DNA from: Carpediemonas membranifera BICM
Taxonomy: Eukaryota > Protista > Fornicata
Direction of reading: 5' to 3'
DNA: 64,000 nt
Assembly: GCA_019828565.1 (NCBI GenBank)
Contig: JAHDYR010000042.1
Location: 1-64,000 of the forward strand
The notes below the pieces were generated by a model. It saw only the letters and a list, made by a program, of their open reading frames with translations. It did no database searches and was not told the DNA's origin. The stretch's first letter is position 1; each line of letters starts with the position of its first letter. Made by a program: the position numbers and the translations under genes. Positions 1 to 11,700 of the stretch are shown one piece after another.

Positions 1-708
1 CCTATCACCCTGCTGTTGATTTGTCTGCGCGGGCTTTCAGCACACAGCGACACGCGTATGCTTCTGCCTCGAGGAAGGCTGCAGTGGTCTCGCGCAGGGC
101 TTGGCCGGGCGGGCCTCCTCGACACGGCTGGATCAGCTAGCGTACGACTCGACGCCCGGTCTTGGCGCGGCGAGCGGCGATCTCGGGACGGCGGAGCGGA
201 CGAGGGTGCTCCCTCATGAGCTGCTCCATCGGTCCTTCTGCCCCGGTGCACGCGCTCGAGGGTCTCGCTGGCATCGATCAATCGAGATCGTAGCAGCGAA
301 CACCTGGTTGGTGGCTGCGGCGTGGAGAAGTGAAGTGCGCATTGGCGATGTGGTCATCACGGCGGGATGCCTTCGGCTTATGGCCTGCCCGAAGCGGTTT
401 GTGGCCGCACATGAACGTAGTCCGTGATCAAAGAAAGGTCGCTGATCGTGAAGAAGCGTTTGTTGTCCGTCACAGGCGCAATAAACGATCTTTGTTCATA
501 CAAAACCTCGATGAAGGCCTCAGCGTTCTTTCGGCCACACCGAGCCTCGCAGTGCTGACGAATTTCGTCCATTACGCGCAGGAGCGCAGCGAACAGCGCT
601 AGTTTCAGGTAATTCGTGTCACCTGGTCCGTCATCGGATGTATGGTAGGATTCGTCGCCTTGCGGCGGCGAATCGAGCAACTTTCCTCTGGATACCATGG
701 CCGAATTT
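1..708 (-). mobile_element. 5' end of CRE-clade non-LTR retrotransposon (copy C; runs off window start)
   Basis: Near-identical to 8893-9589; same start AAATTCGGCC-ATG (ATG at 698), encoding MVSRGKLLDSPPQGDES...RRDDHIANA. Confidence 0.85.
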
Positions 709-3700
709 ACTTTCCCAGGTTGTCCGAACGACACGCGACTCCGCGAATTCCCGAGCAACTACTCTCGCGCAGGGGCAGGGGATGCGTTATGCGATGCGGC
801 GATGGGGCGGGAGGCGCAGGGGGGCTCGGGGACGACGCAGCCTAGAGTGGCCAAGTCAGCCGAGTCGCGACTCCAGATTTCTGTGCAGGGACCTGGTTAT
901 AGGTTGAGCTCGGCCCAGCGGGCCTTGCACTGGCTGACATAGTCACTCCAGATGCTGAGGTTGTCCTCCCAGGCCTTCAGGAAGGCCGTGTCGCGCATGG
1001 TTCCCGCCAGGTGCGGCCGTGCAATGGCGTCGCAAAACTGCACCGCCCAGTCCGTGGTCAGGCGGGACTCTGTGGCGCCGCCGACAGTGGTGGCGGCGAC
1101 CAGGAAGGTGACGTCCCAGTTGGCGTACTCCCGGGTCTTCTCGGTCTCGGCGTCGCGGGGTGAAGACCGCAGTAGAAGTCCACGTATACATCATCGTGTA
1201 CCGCGTTTCCGACCACGTCGCGCTCGCCCCAGACCTTGAGGTCGGCCCGCTTGTGTGTGGGGGCGTCGGCGCTCGTGACGCGGAACCTAGGGTGGGTGTC
1301 GAGCAGATCGAACTCGGGCTTGCAGTGGGGGATGGGGCGCCCGCGGAGGTCGTCCTGGGTCACGAGATCGTGCACAGCCATCTTGATGCTGTCGTGGCGT
1401 GCGTTGGTCGCGCCATCCTTCAGGTAGGAGCAGCCGAGGGCGTGGCGCCACGTGATGTCCTGCTGGCCACAGAGGGGCAGGTGACCGGCATCTCGCGGAA
1501 TGGGGCGATGTTGAGGTGCGCCCGGGTGACGGGGACGAACACGCTGTCGCAGGAGGTCTGCTCGAGGTCGAGGGGGCTCAGCGCGGCTTCTTTGCGGAGG
1601 AGTCCGGCGGCGGGGGCCTCGAGGGAGCTGCAGTCAGAGAGGCCCTGGGAGACCTCCTCGGGGCCCAGGGCCGAAGTCGGCGGGTGTCTTGGGGCGGTAC
1701 TTGGCCGTCCAGGCTTTTGCAAGCATCGTAGTGAGTGTCTTCGCGGCTTTTCAGCCTCGATGCTAAACAGTTCCTGGATGGTTTTTGGGCCACTCCTGGC
1801 ACTCTTCTGGAGAGAACAGCGCCGCCTCCATGTCCCGGGTGATGCCTAGGGCGTGCAGCTGGTGGGCTGCGCCCAAAAATGCACACTTCCAGATGAGCGA
1901 CGGAAGAGGGATACGGAGCTCGTAGTCGGCGAAATCGAGCGCTAGACGCTCTTCGGGTATCTTTGTGACGTCGGATACCTGAAGGATGCGTGCGATGGCA
2001 GCTCTCAGCTTCCGCTCCAGGCTTTTTGTGCGGCATTCGTGGCCAATTGGGCTCACGTTGCGAAAGATTGCCGAAGGCATCGGAAGAACGCAAGACCTGA
2101 TCAGATTGACCGCCACCGAGGCCGCTTTCGGCCCCCACTGCCTCGGTCATCTCGGCCACTCCGCACGAGCGCGTCCTCCATGCGCGAGAAGGCCGCGTCC
2201 ACAGCGTTGGCAACGCCCGCGTCGTCGCCTACGGGGATACCGAGCACCCGTCCGCTTTTTGGCCCAGTGTCCCCGTCTTCGCCAGGACGAGGCACTTCAG
2301 TCGGTTCACCCGCATACCGACGGCTCCACACGCCGCCTCCACACGCGCGTAGAATGTATCGATCGTCCGCTGGTCTGCCTGCCGGGGCAGCAGCCCGTAC
2401 ACGTCGTCCTGGTAGCCGAGGATGGTCGTACTGGGAAGTTGCGACCGGAGGCTGCCGAGGAGGGGCGTCATAGCCAGCGTGAAGAGGGCTGGGGACAGGG
2501 GGTCCCCCTGGTGGATGCCCCTCTCGGCTGGCTATGACGTGCCCGGTCGGGGTCAGCAGCTTGCCCTCGCCATACATGGTGGAGAAATAGGGGAGGGCGG
2601 CTGGGGCGTGCGCCTCGAGCACCACACGGAGGTGGGCGCGGGACACGGTTCCGTAGGCGTTAGTCATGTCAACAGCACAGACCTTGAGCCCTTCGTCGTA
2701 CGCTTCCGCAATTTTCGCGGTCATAACGTCCAGGCCGCAGCTCTCGCCGAGCCCGTACTGCTCAGGGCAGACGCCGTCATTACGGGAGACGCGACGAGAC
2801 GGCCGAGGCGAGGACCTTCGCGGCCAGGCGCCGGAGCGCCTCGCCCATGGCGATGGGTCTGACCCGATCTTCGCCCTTCGGCAGTGCGATGAGCCGTGCG
2901 TGAGCGAGGATACCCGTGTACTCCTCGCCGGCAATGATGTCGCGCACAAGGGGCAGGAGTGCCTGCACCAACTGGCCCCTTCCGGAGTCGATGAGCGAGT
3001 TTCAGATGCAAGAAGCTCAGCCCGGATGGGCTGGGGGCCGAGTCCGCTCTCATCTTCCCCAGCGCCTCGTCTACGGCCCTCGAAGGTGACCTCAAAGGAC
3101 GTGAGCGCGTCGGCGCGGCGTGTGAGAGCCGGCGTCTGGGGATCTCTCAGCGGGGCGGCCTGCATCTCCTCCAGCTTCTGGTCGATCTGACCCGGCGTGA
3201 GTGTCATCTCCTCAGAGAGCAGGACCTTCATGGCGCTGGAGTAATACCCGGCGGCGGCCTTCGAGTATGCAGCTCGCTCTGGGGAGCGGGTGCGGAGGGA
3301 GATCCCCTTCTTCCCAGGGCGATATACTGTCCGCGCGTGCCGAAGGACGGCGGCTAGCGCCTCCCGCTTCCGGTTCTGCGGCGCGTTCGCCAGGGTCACG
3401 AGCAGCCGGATCAGCCCGTTCACGAATCCCGCGGCAGCCTTCCGTGAGGGCTTCGCCCGGCCGATGCGTCCGGCTTCCGCGGGGTGAGGCAGATATGACA
3501 GCTCGATCGGCAGGTCGCCCGCGAGAGGGTCGGCCGGCGGCAGGGGCAGGAGCGCTGCTCTCGGTCTCCGTGGGGGCTGGCTGGGCCCGGCATGGGGCGG
3601 GGCCTCAGCACTAGGGTCCGGCGGAAGACCGCATGCCTCTCTCATGAAGAACACAAACCTCGGCGTGAACTGCCTGAACCCTTTGGGGAAGCTGTAGGGT

Positions 3701-5353
3701 GGCCGCCTGTCCGGCTCGTCCGCGAAGAGGCCCTCGAGAAGCTGTGTCCAGCGTTCGCGTGACATCCTGTGGACGCCATTCTGCCCGCCGGACACTTCTC
3801 CGACCCGGACTGCTGTCGTGAGTGTGGACCTTACCTGCTCGGCCGAGCCCCAATGAGACTCGACCAGGTGGGTCGGGATGTTTGCGGTGAACCTATGCCG
3901 GAGTCGATCCAGCTTGGCAAGGCTCAGCCACCCCTGGGTAGGCGTGGATGATGCTGGCCCAGGGTGCGCCTCCGTGATCTGGTTGAGAGCGCCAGGAGGT
4001 CCTGTGTACACAAATGTACGTGGTTCAGGGCCTTGGCTTGCCTGCGGCGGCGGGCGAAGGGGAGGGTTGGCTGAGTCACCACGGGCTTCGTGCCCGGTCT
4101 CTGGCTCAGCTCTCTCCCCTTCCCCGCCTTCGACGCCCGCCAGGGAGAGGAACTCGGACACTGCGGTGTCGTCGATGTTCCTCTCCTCTGGCTGGGTGGG
4201 GGCAACCTGGGCGGGGGTCTGGCGCGTGGGCCTGTCACCCTGCGGGGCGGTAGCGGGCTGCGGCCCAGTTAGGGCGGCAGCGGAGTCGGTGGGGGCAGCA
4301 TCGGCAGGGGTGGGGCTCGGGGGCCTGTCACCCTGCGGGGCGGTAGCGGGCTGCGGCCCAGTTAGGGCGGCAGCGGAGTCGGTGGGGGCAGCATCGGCAG
4401 GGGGTGGGGCTCGGGGGCCTGTCACCCTGCGGGGCGGCTGCGGGCTGCGGCCCAGTTAGGGCGGCAGCGGAGTCGGTGAGGGCAGTATCGGCAGGGGTGG
4501 GGCTCGGGGGCCGGTCTCCCTGCTGTGTGGCTGCAGGCTGCGGCCCAGTTAGGGCGACAGCGGAGTCGGTGAGGGCAGTATCGGCAGGGGGTGGGGCTCG
4601 GGGGCCGGTCTCCCTGCTGTGTGGCTGCAGGCTGCGGCCCAGTTAGGGCGGCAGCGGAGTCGGTGAGGGCAGTATCGGCAGGGGTGGGGCTCGGGGGCCG
4701 GTCACCCTGGCGTCGGGCGAAGGCATCGGCCCTCGCATACTCGCGGGCGATGCCCGCATTCGGTGGGCTGGCTGGGCGGGGCGCATGCTGGACCCGCTTC
4801 ACCAAGGCGGTTACAGACGTCGTCCTCTGAGGGCCTCGGACAGTCTGAAGGAGGTTCATCCTTCTCGCTTTCACTGGGTCGATGGCGTGCTCGATCATAC
4901 GCTCAAGAGCCTCGTTCGCACGTTCGATGGTGAGCGTTGATGTGAACGCCTGATCAGTGGCTGCAGCGTGCAGAATGGCGACAGCATTTGCGACGTGATC
5001 GTCGCGGCGGGAAGCTTTCACCTTGTGGCCGGGGCCGAAGCGATTTGTCGCCGCGTGAACGTAGTTGGTTATCCAAACCAAGTTGCTCACCGTGAAGAAA
5101 CGCTTGTAATCCGAAATAAGGCTCAATAGACGTTCTTTGTTCATGCAGATCTCAATAAAGGCCTCAGTATCCTTCGGCCAAGAGTTCTTCGAGCTGGATG
5201 GATGGAAATCGTTAATCCACCGCAGAAGAGCAGCGAACAGCGCTAATCGCTTGTCAATAGACGTACCAGGTCCTTCATCGGATGTATGGCAGGATTCGTC
5301 GCCTTGCGGCGGCGAATCGAGCAACTTTCCCTCTGGATACCATGGCCGAATTT
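709..5353 (-). mobile_element. Full-length CRE-clade (RLE) non-LTR retrotransposon, subfamily A; single RT-ZnK-RLE ORF 897-5343 broken by many frameshifts
   Basis: RT motifs across frames: DSAPSPSGLS, ALPKGEDRVRPIAMGE, AVDMTNAYG, GIHQGDPLSP, GYQDD. C-terminal CCHC knuckle and RADL..DVYVDF restriction-like endonuclease. ~190-nt 3' UTR. Confidence 0.85.
4228..4710. repeat. 93-bp coding minisatellite (5 units; QGDRPPSPTPADAAPTDSAAALTGPQPATAP) in the CRE ORF
   Basis: GCGGCCCAGTTAGGGCG recurs at ~4260, 4353, 4447, 4540 and 4634; 1 unit in copy B (~8800-8893), 2 units in copy D (~32940-33135). Confidence 0.95.
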
Positions 5354-8300
5354 ACTTTCCCAGGTTGTCCGAACAACACGCGACTCCGCGGAATTTCGAG
5401 CAACTACTCTCGCGCGGGGGCAGGGAGCTTGTTGTGCGATGCGGCGATGGGGCGGGAGGCGCAGGGGGGCTCGGGGACGACGCAGCCTAGAGTGGCCGAG
5501 TCAGCCGAGTCGCGACTCCGGCATTTTGTGGGGAGGGCAGATTATTGGTGGTGCTCGGCCCAACGGGCCTTGCACTGGGAGACATAGTCCGACCAGACGG
5601 TCTGGTTGTCCGCCCAGATGGACCAGAATACCCGGTCACGGATGGCGCCCACGAGGGCCGGCCTGCGAATCGCGGCACAGAGGCGGGCGACCCAGCACTC
5701 GGTCAGACGGGACTCAGTCTCGCCCAGAACCGTGCAGGCAGCAGGCACGAAGGTGACCTGCCAGTTGCGGTACTCGCGGAGCTTCTCTAGCTCAGCCTCC
5801 CGCGGGTGCAGGCTGACCACGAAGTCGACATAGACTTCCTCGTGGACACGGTTCCCGACCACGTCTCTCTCGCCTGCCACCATGAGGGTCGGCCACCTTG
5901 CGTCTGGGCGCTTCGGTATCGGCCTGCTGGTAGCGGGGGTGACGAGAGGTGAGCGCGACCTCGGCCTGGCAACGGGCCATGGGTCGACCTCTAACGTCGT
6001 CGTCGGTCAACACGGCGCTCACAGCGTCTCTAACATGGTTGTGACGCTCGGTGTGGGCGGTTCCCTTGGTGTGTGGGCACGAGAGGGCATGCTGCCAGGT
6101 GCAGCGCTGGGCCTGACACAGGGGGCAAGTCTCGGGCCACTCTTCGAACGGGGCGACATCCAGGTGTGCCCTGGCAATTGGGACAAATATTGAGCCAACA
6201 GGCTTCGATTCTAGCTCAATTGGGGTGAGTGCGGCCTCTTGCCGGAGAATTCCAGCCGCCGGGGCAGCGCGCTGGGAGGAGTCGTTCAGGGCCTGAGTGG
6301 CCGCATTGCGGTCCAAGTTGAAGTCAGACGGCGTTGATGGGCGGTGCTGGACTGTCCAGGCGTCTCTATGGTACTTTGTGAGTTGTTTCTGAGGCTTTTT
6401 GGCCTCCATCTCATAGAGTTCGTCCTTGGTCCTAGGCCACTCTTCGGCGCCTTCAACGGTAAACAGGGCCTCGTCTAGGTGCACAGACCGGTCCGGAAGC
6501 AGCTGGTGCAGCTGGTGTTCCGTGCCCAAAAATGCGCATTTCCAGACGAGTGATGAGATTGGCATGCGGAGCCCGTAATATCCATAATCGAGAGCCATTC
6601 TACGAGTTTTGCCTTCCAGACCATCTCTTAGTTGCAGAATGTGCTCTACGCTGCGGCTAAGCATCTGCTCGAAGCGGGATGTCCTGCTTTCGTGCCTAAT
6701 CGGCGACACAGCTCTGTAGATTGCGGATGGCATCGCAAGAATGCATGAACGAATCATATTCAGCGCAACGCTGGCCGCAGAAGGCCCTACAGTCTCCACC
6801 ATTTCCACGACGCGAGCAGTCGCCATCTCCATCTCCGAGAAGACATCATCGACAGCTCTTGCCTCACCATGAGCGTCCCCAACAGGGATTCCAACGGCTC
6901 TACCGTTGACTACCCGCTGAATGGCACCCGGGGAGCCAGCAGCGCTGATCACCATACACTTAGCCGTGTTCACGCGCATGCCGATGCGGCCACAAACCTC
7001 AGCCATCCGGTCGTAGAACCGATCAACTCGTGAGGCCGGCATGGACGCTGGCGCGATCAAGTAAGCATCGTCCTGATAGGAGACCATCCTGCACTCCTGG
7101 AACTCACCTCTGATCTGGTCCAGGACCGGCTTCATCGCCAGGGTGAACAGCAGCGGAGATATGGGGTCCCCTTGCTGGATGCCCTCCCGGGACGGGATGA
7201 CAAGGCCTGTTGGTGTGATCATCTTGCCCCCGGCATACATCGTGTGCAGGTACGGTAGCAAGACCGGGGCCCACGCCTGTGCGACCTCAGACAGATGCTG
7301 CCGACTGACGGTTCCGTACGCATTGGACATGTCAACGGCGCACAGCTGCGCACCGCCGGCGTACGCTGTCTTCAGAATGTCACCCATGCAGTCCAGGCCG
7401 CAGCTCTCGCCCAGTCCGAACTGCCCCTCGCACACACCATCGCCAATAATCCTCAGCCCGACATCGTGGGCTAGGACCTTGCCTGCGAGGCGTCTCAGGC
7501 TCTCGCCCATTGCAATGGGCCGGACCTTGGAGTCTCCCCTTAGGCAGGGCAACGAGCCTCGAGTGCGACAGGATCTCAGTGTAGGGCTCCCCGTTGATGA
7601 TGTCGTTGATCAGAGGCGTGACAGCAGCAACAAACTTGTGTTTGCGTAGGCGGTAGGCCAGCTTCAAGTGAAGGAAACTCAGGCCCGAGGGTCCCGGTGC
7701 CGAGTCTGCTTTGAGCCTGTCCAGGGCCCATGTCACAGACTCCGGGGTGACCTCATATGACTCCAGCGCACCCGCCCGTTGCTGTGGGTGGAAGAGACGT
7801 GGGTCTGCCATTGGCTCGGCCTGCAGCTCCACCAGCTTCTCGTCAACCTCGGTCGGGCTGAGGTCCATGTCCTCAGACAGGAGGATCTTCAGGCCACTGG
7901 AGTAGTAGCCGGCCGAGGCCTTGGTGAAGGCCGAGCGCTCCTTGGTCCGGGTCCGCAGTGTCACCTGCTTCTTGGCGGGCTTGTACACCGTCTGACCATG
8001 GGTCATGATGGCAATAAGGCCACGCCGTTTCTGCTGGGCAGGCACCTCGTTCAGGGCCTCCAACAGGTTGATGAGACCCTTCACGAATGAGACCGCACCC
8101 TTCCTTGAGGGCTTCGACTTCCCAATCCTGCCGGCCTCCGTCGGGGAGGGGAGGAACTTGAGGTCCTCTGGGAGCTCTGGAAGGATGGTCTCCGGCTGCG
8201 GGCGGGGAGCAGTGAGCCTTCTTCTGGCTGGCTGGGCCGTCCTTGGCTGCGGGACAGCTGGGAGAGCGGGGTCGACTGGCATACCCAACCCTTCCCTCAT

Positions 8301-9589
8301 GAACGCCACGAACCTGGGTGCGAACGACTTCAGGCCTTGCGGGAACGCATACGAAGGCCGGTTCCTCGGGTGAGCCGCAAAGACCTGCTCGAGGAGAGTC
8401 GTCCAGCGTGCTCTGGACATGCGGTTCTGGCCATTTTGCCCCCGGGAGAGCCAGCGGACGGCGTCGACAGACGTCAGCGTCGCGACGACCTGGTCGTTGG
8501 TCGACCACATGTCTCTGTCTTCCCGCGGTACATGTGCGTCAAAGCTGCGGCGAACAGCGTCGATGGTCGTGCGGTCGAGCCACCCTGTGAGCCGGTGGGC
8601 GGGGTCAACCTGCGGCGGCGGGCGAAGGGGAGGGTTGGCTGAGTCACCACGGGCTTCGTGCTCGGTCTCTGGCTCAGCTCTCTCCCCTTCCCCGCCTTCG
8701 ACGCCCGCCAGGGAGAGGAACTCGGACACTGCGGTGTCGTCGATGTTCCTCTCCTCTGGCTGGGTGGGGGGCAACCTGGGCGGGGGTCTGGCGCGTGGGC
8801 CTGTCACCCTGCGGGGCGGTTGCGGGCTGCGGCCCAGTTAGGGCGGCAGCGGAGTCGGTGGGGGCAGCCTGGGCAGGGGTGGGGCTCGGGGGCCTATCAC
8901 CCTGCTGTTGACGGTCTGCGCGGCCAGCAGCTACGCGACACGCGTATGCTTCTGCCTCGAGGAAGGCAGTGCGGTCTCGCGCAGGGCTTGCCGGGCGGGC
9001 CTCCTCGACACGGCTGATCAGTTGGGCGTATGACTGACGCCCGGTCTTGGCGCGGCGAGCGGCGATCTCGGACGGGCGGAGCGGACGAGGGTGCTCCCTC
9101 ATGAGCTGCTCATCGGTCCTTCTGCCCCGTATCACGCGCTCGAGGGCCTCGTTGGCACGATCAATCGAGATGGTAGCAGTGAACACCTGGTTGGTGGCTG
9201 CGGCGTGGAGAAGTGAAGTGGCATTGGCGATGTGGTCATCACGGCGGGATGCCTTCGGCTTATGGCCTGGCCCGAAGCGGTTTGTGGCCGCATGAACGTA
9301 GTCCGTGATCAAAGAAAGGTTGTTGATCGTGAAGAAGCGTTTGTTGTCCGTCACAAGGCGCAATAAACGATCTTTGTTCATACAAACCTCGATGAAGGCC
9401 TCAGCGTTCTTCGGCCACGAGCCTTTCGGGCAGTGCTGACGAATTTCTTCCATTACGCGCAGGAGCGCAGCGAACAGCGCTAATCGCTTGTCAATAGACG
9501 TACCAGGTCCTTCATCGGATGTTAGGCAGGATTCGTCGCCTTGCGGCGGCGAATCGAGCAACTTTCCTCTGGATACCATGGCCGAATTT
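5354..9589 (-). mobile_element. Full-length CRE-clade non-LTR retrotransposon, subfamily B; ORF 5542-9579 with 3 single-base frameshifts (~8770, ~7540, ~5885)
   Basis: DSAPGPSGLS, RPIAMGE, AVDMSNAYG, GIQQGDPISP, SYQDD; CPLC..HALSC zinc knuckle; RHN motif; VADL..EVYVDF RLE. Confidence 0.9.
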
Positions 9590-11700
9590 GGTAGGTGAGC
9601 GGAGCGCCACGCCCACGCTTCGGCTGAGCGGTCGAGGTTAATCTGATCGAATTGATTCCGATCAAATCGTCGCAGTTCAGGAAAGAGAGCAAAGAATGGC
9701 AAGCATGAACGCCAATGAGCAAGAAGAGCTAACGCAAGCGACGGCCAAGATCGCAGAACTCTCCGGAGCTTTGGACAAGCTAAAGGAGCAGCTCGATGAC
9801 AAGACCGAAGAGAGGAAGCTCAAAACCACCGTGGCTCAGCTTCAGGAGGAGGCAAATCTTTCCTGGAAACGCCCTGCTTCCCAGTCAATGAAGGAGGAAG
9901 CTGAGTTCTCGAAGACCTCTATCGAGGCTTCAAGTTCGGACGCCTGAACGGCTATGGATTGCTCTCGCGCCTGTACCTCCGCCACCGTGTTCTGTGGTGT
10001 AAGGACCGATATGGTTACCTCGTTGGTCTCTCGGTCGCCACTGCCGGCTCGGCGGCCCTCGCAGAGAAACCCGACATGGGCCCTGAGAAGATTGACAGCG
10101 AGGTTGTGTTTAAGACTCTGGCGAAGAACCCGCACCTCAAGGAGCGAACGAGACAGGACGAGGATTTTCGGAAGCCGAGGAAACCCAAGCGGGCAAACAA
10201 TCGGTAAACCGCCCTCTGTCCAAAATTCATCATCATCATTCATTCCCTCCTCTTCATCCATGTCCTCCTCAATCTCCTCCCCATCGCCTCCTCCCTCTCC
10301 CCACCGTCCCTCCAACGTCCCCTCACCCATTACCATCCCCTCAGAGCCATCTGATAGCGCTAGAGACCAATTGCGCGGAAACACGTCCATTCCCGAGCAT
10401 CAACAAGACGTGGCGGCTCTGGAAGGCATTAGGCGTGCCATCAGAAGTGGTCACGTGGTTGCGCGACGGCGTACCAATCTCCCTGTTCAGCAGACCGCGG
10501 CATCCGAGCCTCCCACCAGTGCGGTCGCAGGACAGGAAAGAATTCCGTCGCCATCTACAGACGCTCCTCCACCTCGGAGCAGCAGTGCCGATGCGATCAC
10601 CGACGCTCGTCTCTCCGATTTTCACCATCCCGAAGTCCCTCGCCGAGACGAGACTGATTCACGACCTCAGGTCGCTGAATGCTGTTTCCTCCGAGAACAG
10701 GACGTTCAGATTGCACGGGATCAAGAGGGCGCTCGCGACGATTCGCCCGGGCGACTGGCTCACCAGATTAGACTTAACCAAGGGTTATTATCAGGTTGGG
10801 GTCCGCCCCGCCGACTGGACTCTCCTAGGCTTCATTGTGGACGGCAGGCCGTATGCGTTTCGAGTCTTCCCATTCGGCTGGAAAGCTGCGCCATTTCACT
10901 TCCAACGGATAATGCTAGAAGCGGGCGCAGTCGTGGCCAGGAGGTTTCCGGGGGTGAACATAACCATTTATCTGGACGACTGGCTCTTTTCGGGCCGCAA
11001 AGAGATCCTGACGGAGGCAATGCCGAAGATCATCCGCCTCTTGACGGATATGGGCCTGGTAATCAACAGACAGAAGTCCCAGCTCATTCCTACGCAGTCC
11101 ACGACGTTCCTTGGCTTCGTGATCGATTCACTCCGCGAGGGGCTGAAGCTAGACGAGAGCAAGCGTCTGAAGTACCTATCGAGGGTGATAGAAGCCCTGG
11201 CATCCGGGCTAACGGAGCACTCGGCTGCCAGGCTCCTGGGGAACCTCAGCTTCGCGTCGTTGATCTGGCCAGACGGCGTGGCCCAGCTGAGGCCGCTTCA
11301 ACGCGCTGCCCAGTCACTCAAGCACAAGTACCGAACTCGGATCCACGGCGATGCTCGGGACGCACTGATAGCGTGGAAGACCCGCTTGGAAAGATCTTCT
11401 CCAACGAGATCAACCAGGGAGCTGCTCCATCTCTGGGGTATGTCGCAACAGCTCGAGGTGACAGTCATGACAGATGCCTCGCTGAGCGGTTTAGGGGGCA
11501 TAATTCGAGTTCCGGGCCGATCACCGATCCATTTTGCAGAGCCAGCGCCCCAAGGCGAGCACATAACGCTGTTAGAGTTCAGGGCCATCAACGCAGCCCT
11601 GGAGCGCGTAATGCAGAACCACCAAGCAGGCTCCTTCGAGTTGACGGTCTACTGCGACAGCAGGGCTGCGGTAGCTTGGCTGAACCGCCAAGGTACGCCT
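9590..11700 (+). mobile_element. Truncated DIRS-type (tyrosine-recombinase) retrotransposon: gag-like ORF (9696-10207, frameshifted) plus RT-RNase H
   Basis: SPIFTIPK, RLIHDLRSLN, LDLTKGYYQ, FPFGWKAAP, IYLDDWL, KSQLIPTQ..FLG, TDASLSGLGG, HITLLE, DSRAAVAWLNRQG; long overlapping alternate-frame ORF as in DIRS. Confidence 0.85.

Noticed and set aside
596-708. HDV-like or hammerhead ribozyme at the CRE 5' end
   Set aside because: Only a GCAA-capped hairpin (GATTCG..CGAATC) is conserved. No HDV nested pseudoknot could be built, and the CCGATGA..GAAA arrangement is non-canonical and absent from other copies.
686-722. GGATACCATGGCCGAATTTACTTTCCCAGG resembles U1 snRNA stem-loop I
   Set aside because: It spans an element-element junction; there is no ACTTACCTG 5' end, U1A loop or Sm site.
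4228-4710. CRISPR-like or telomeric (TTAGGG) array
   Set aside because: It is a contiguous coding minisatellite without unique spacers; TTAGGG occurs once per unit.
7530-7550. Programmed +1 frameshift as a firm call
   Set aside because: Subfamily A is in frame at the same position, and similar extra bases occur throughout the repeats, so error or a shared mutation is more parsimonious.
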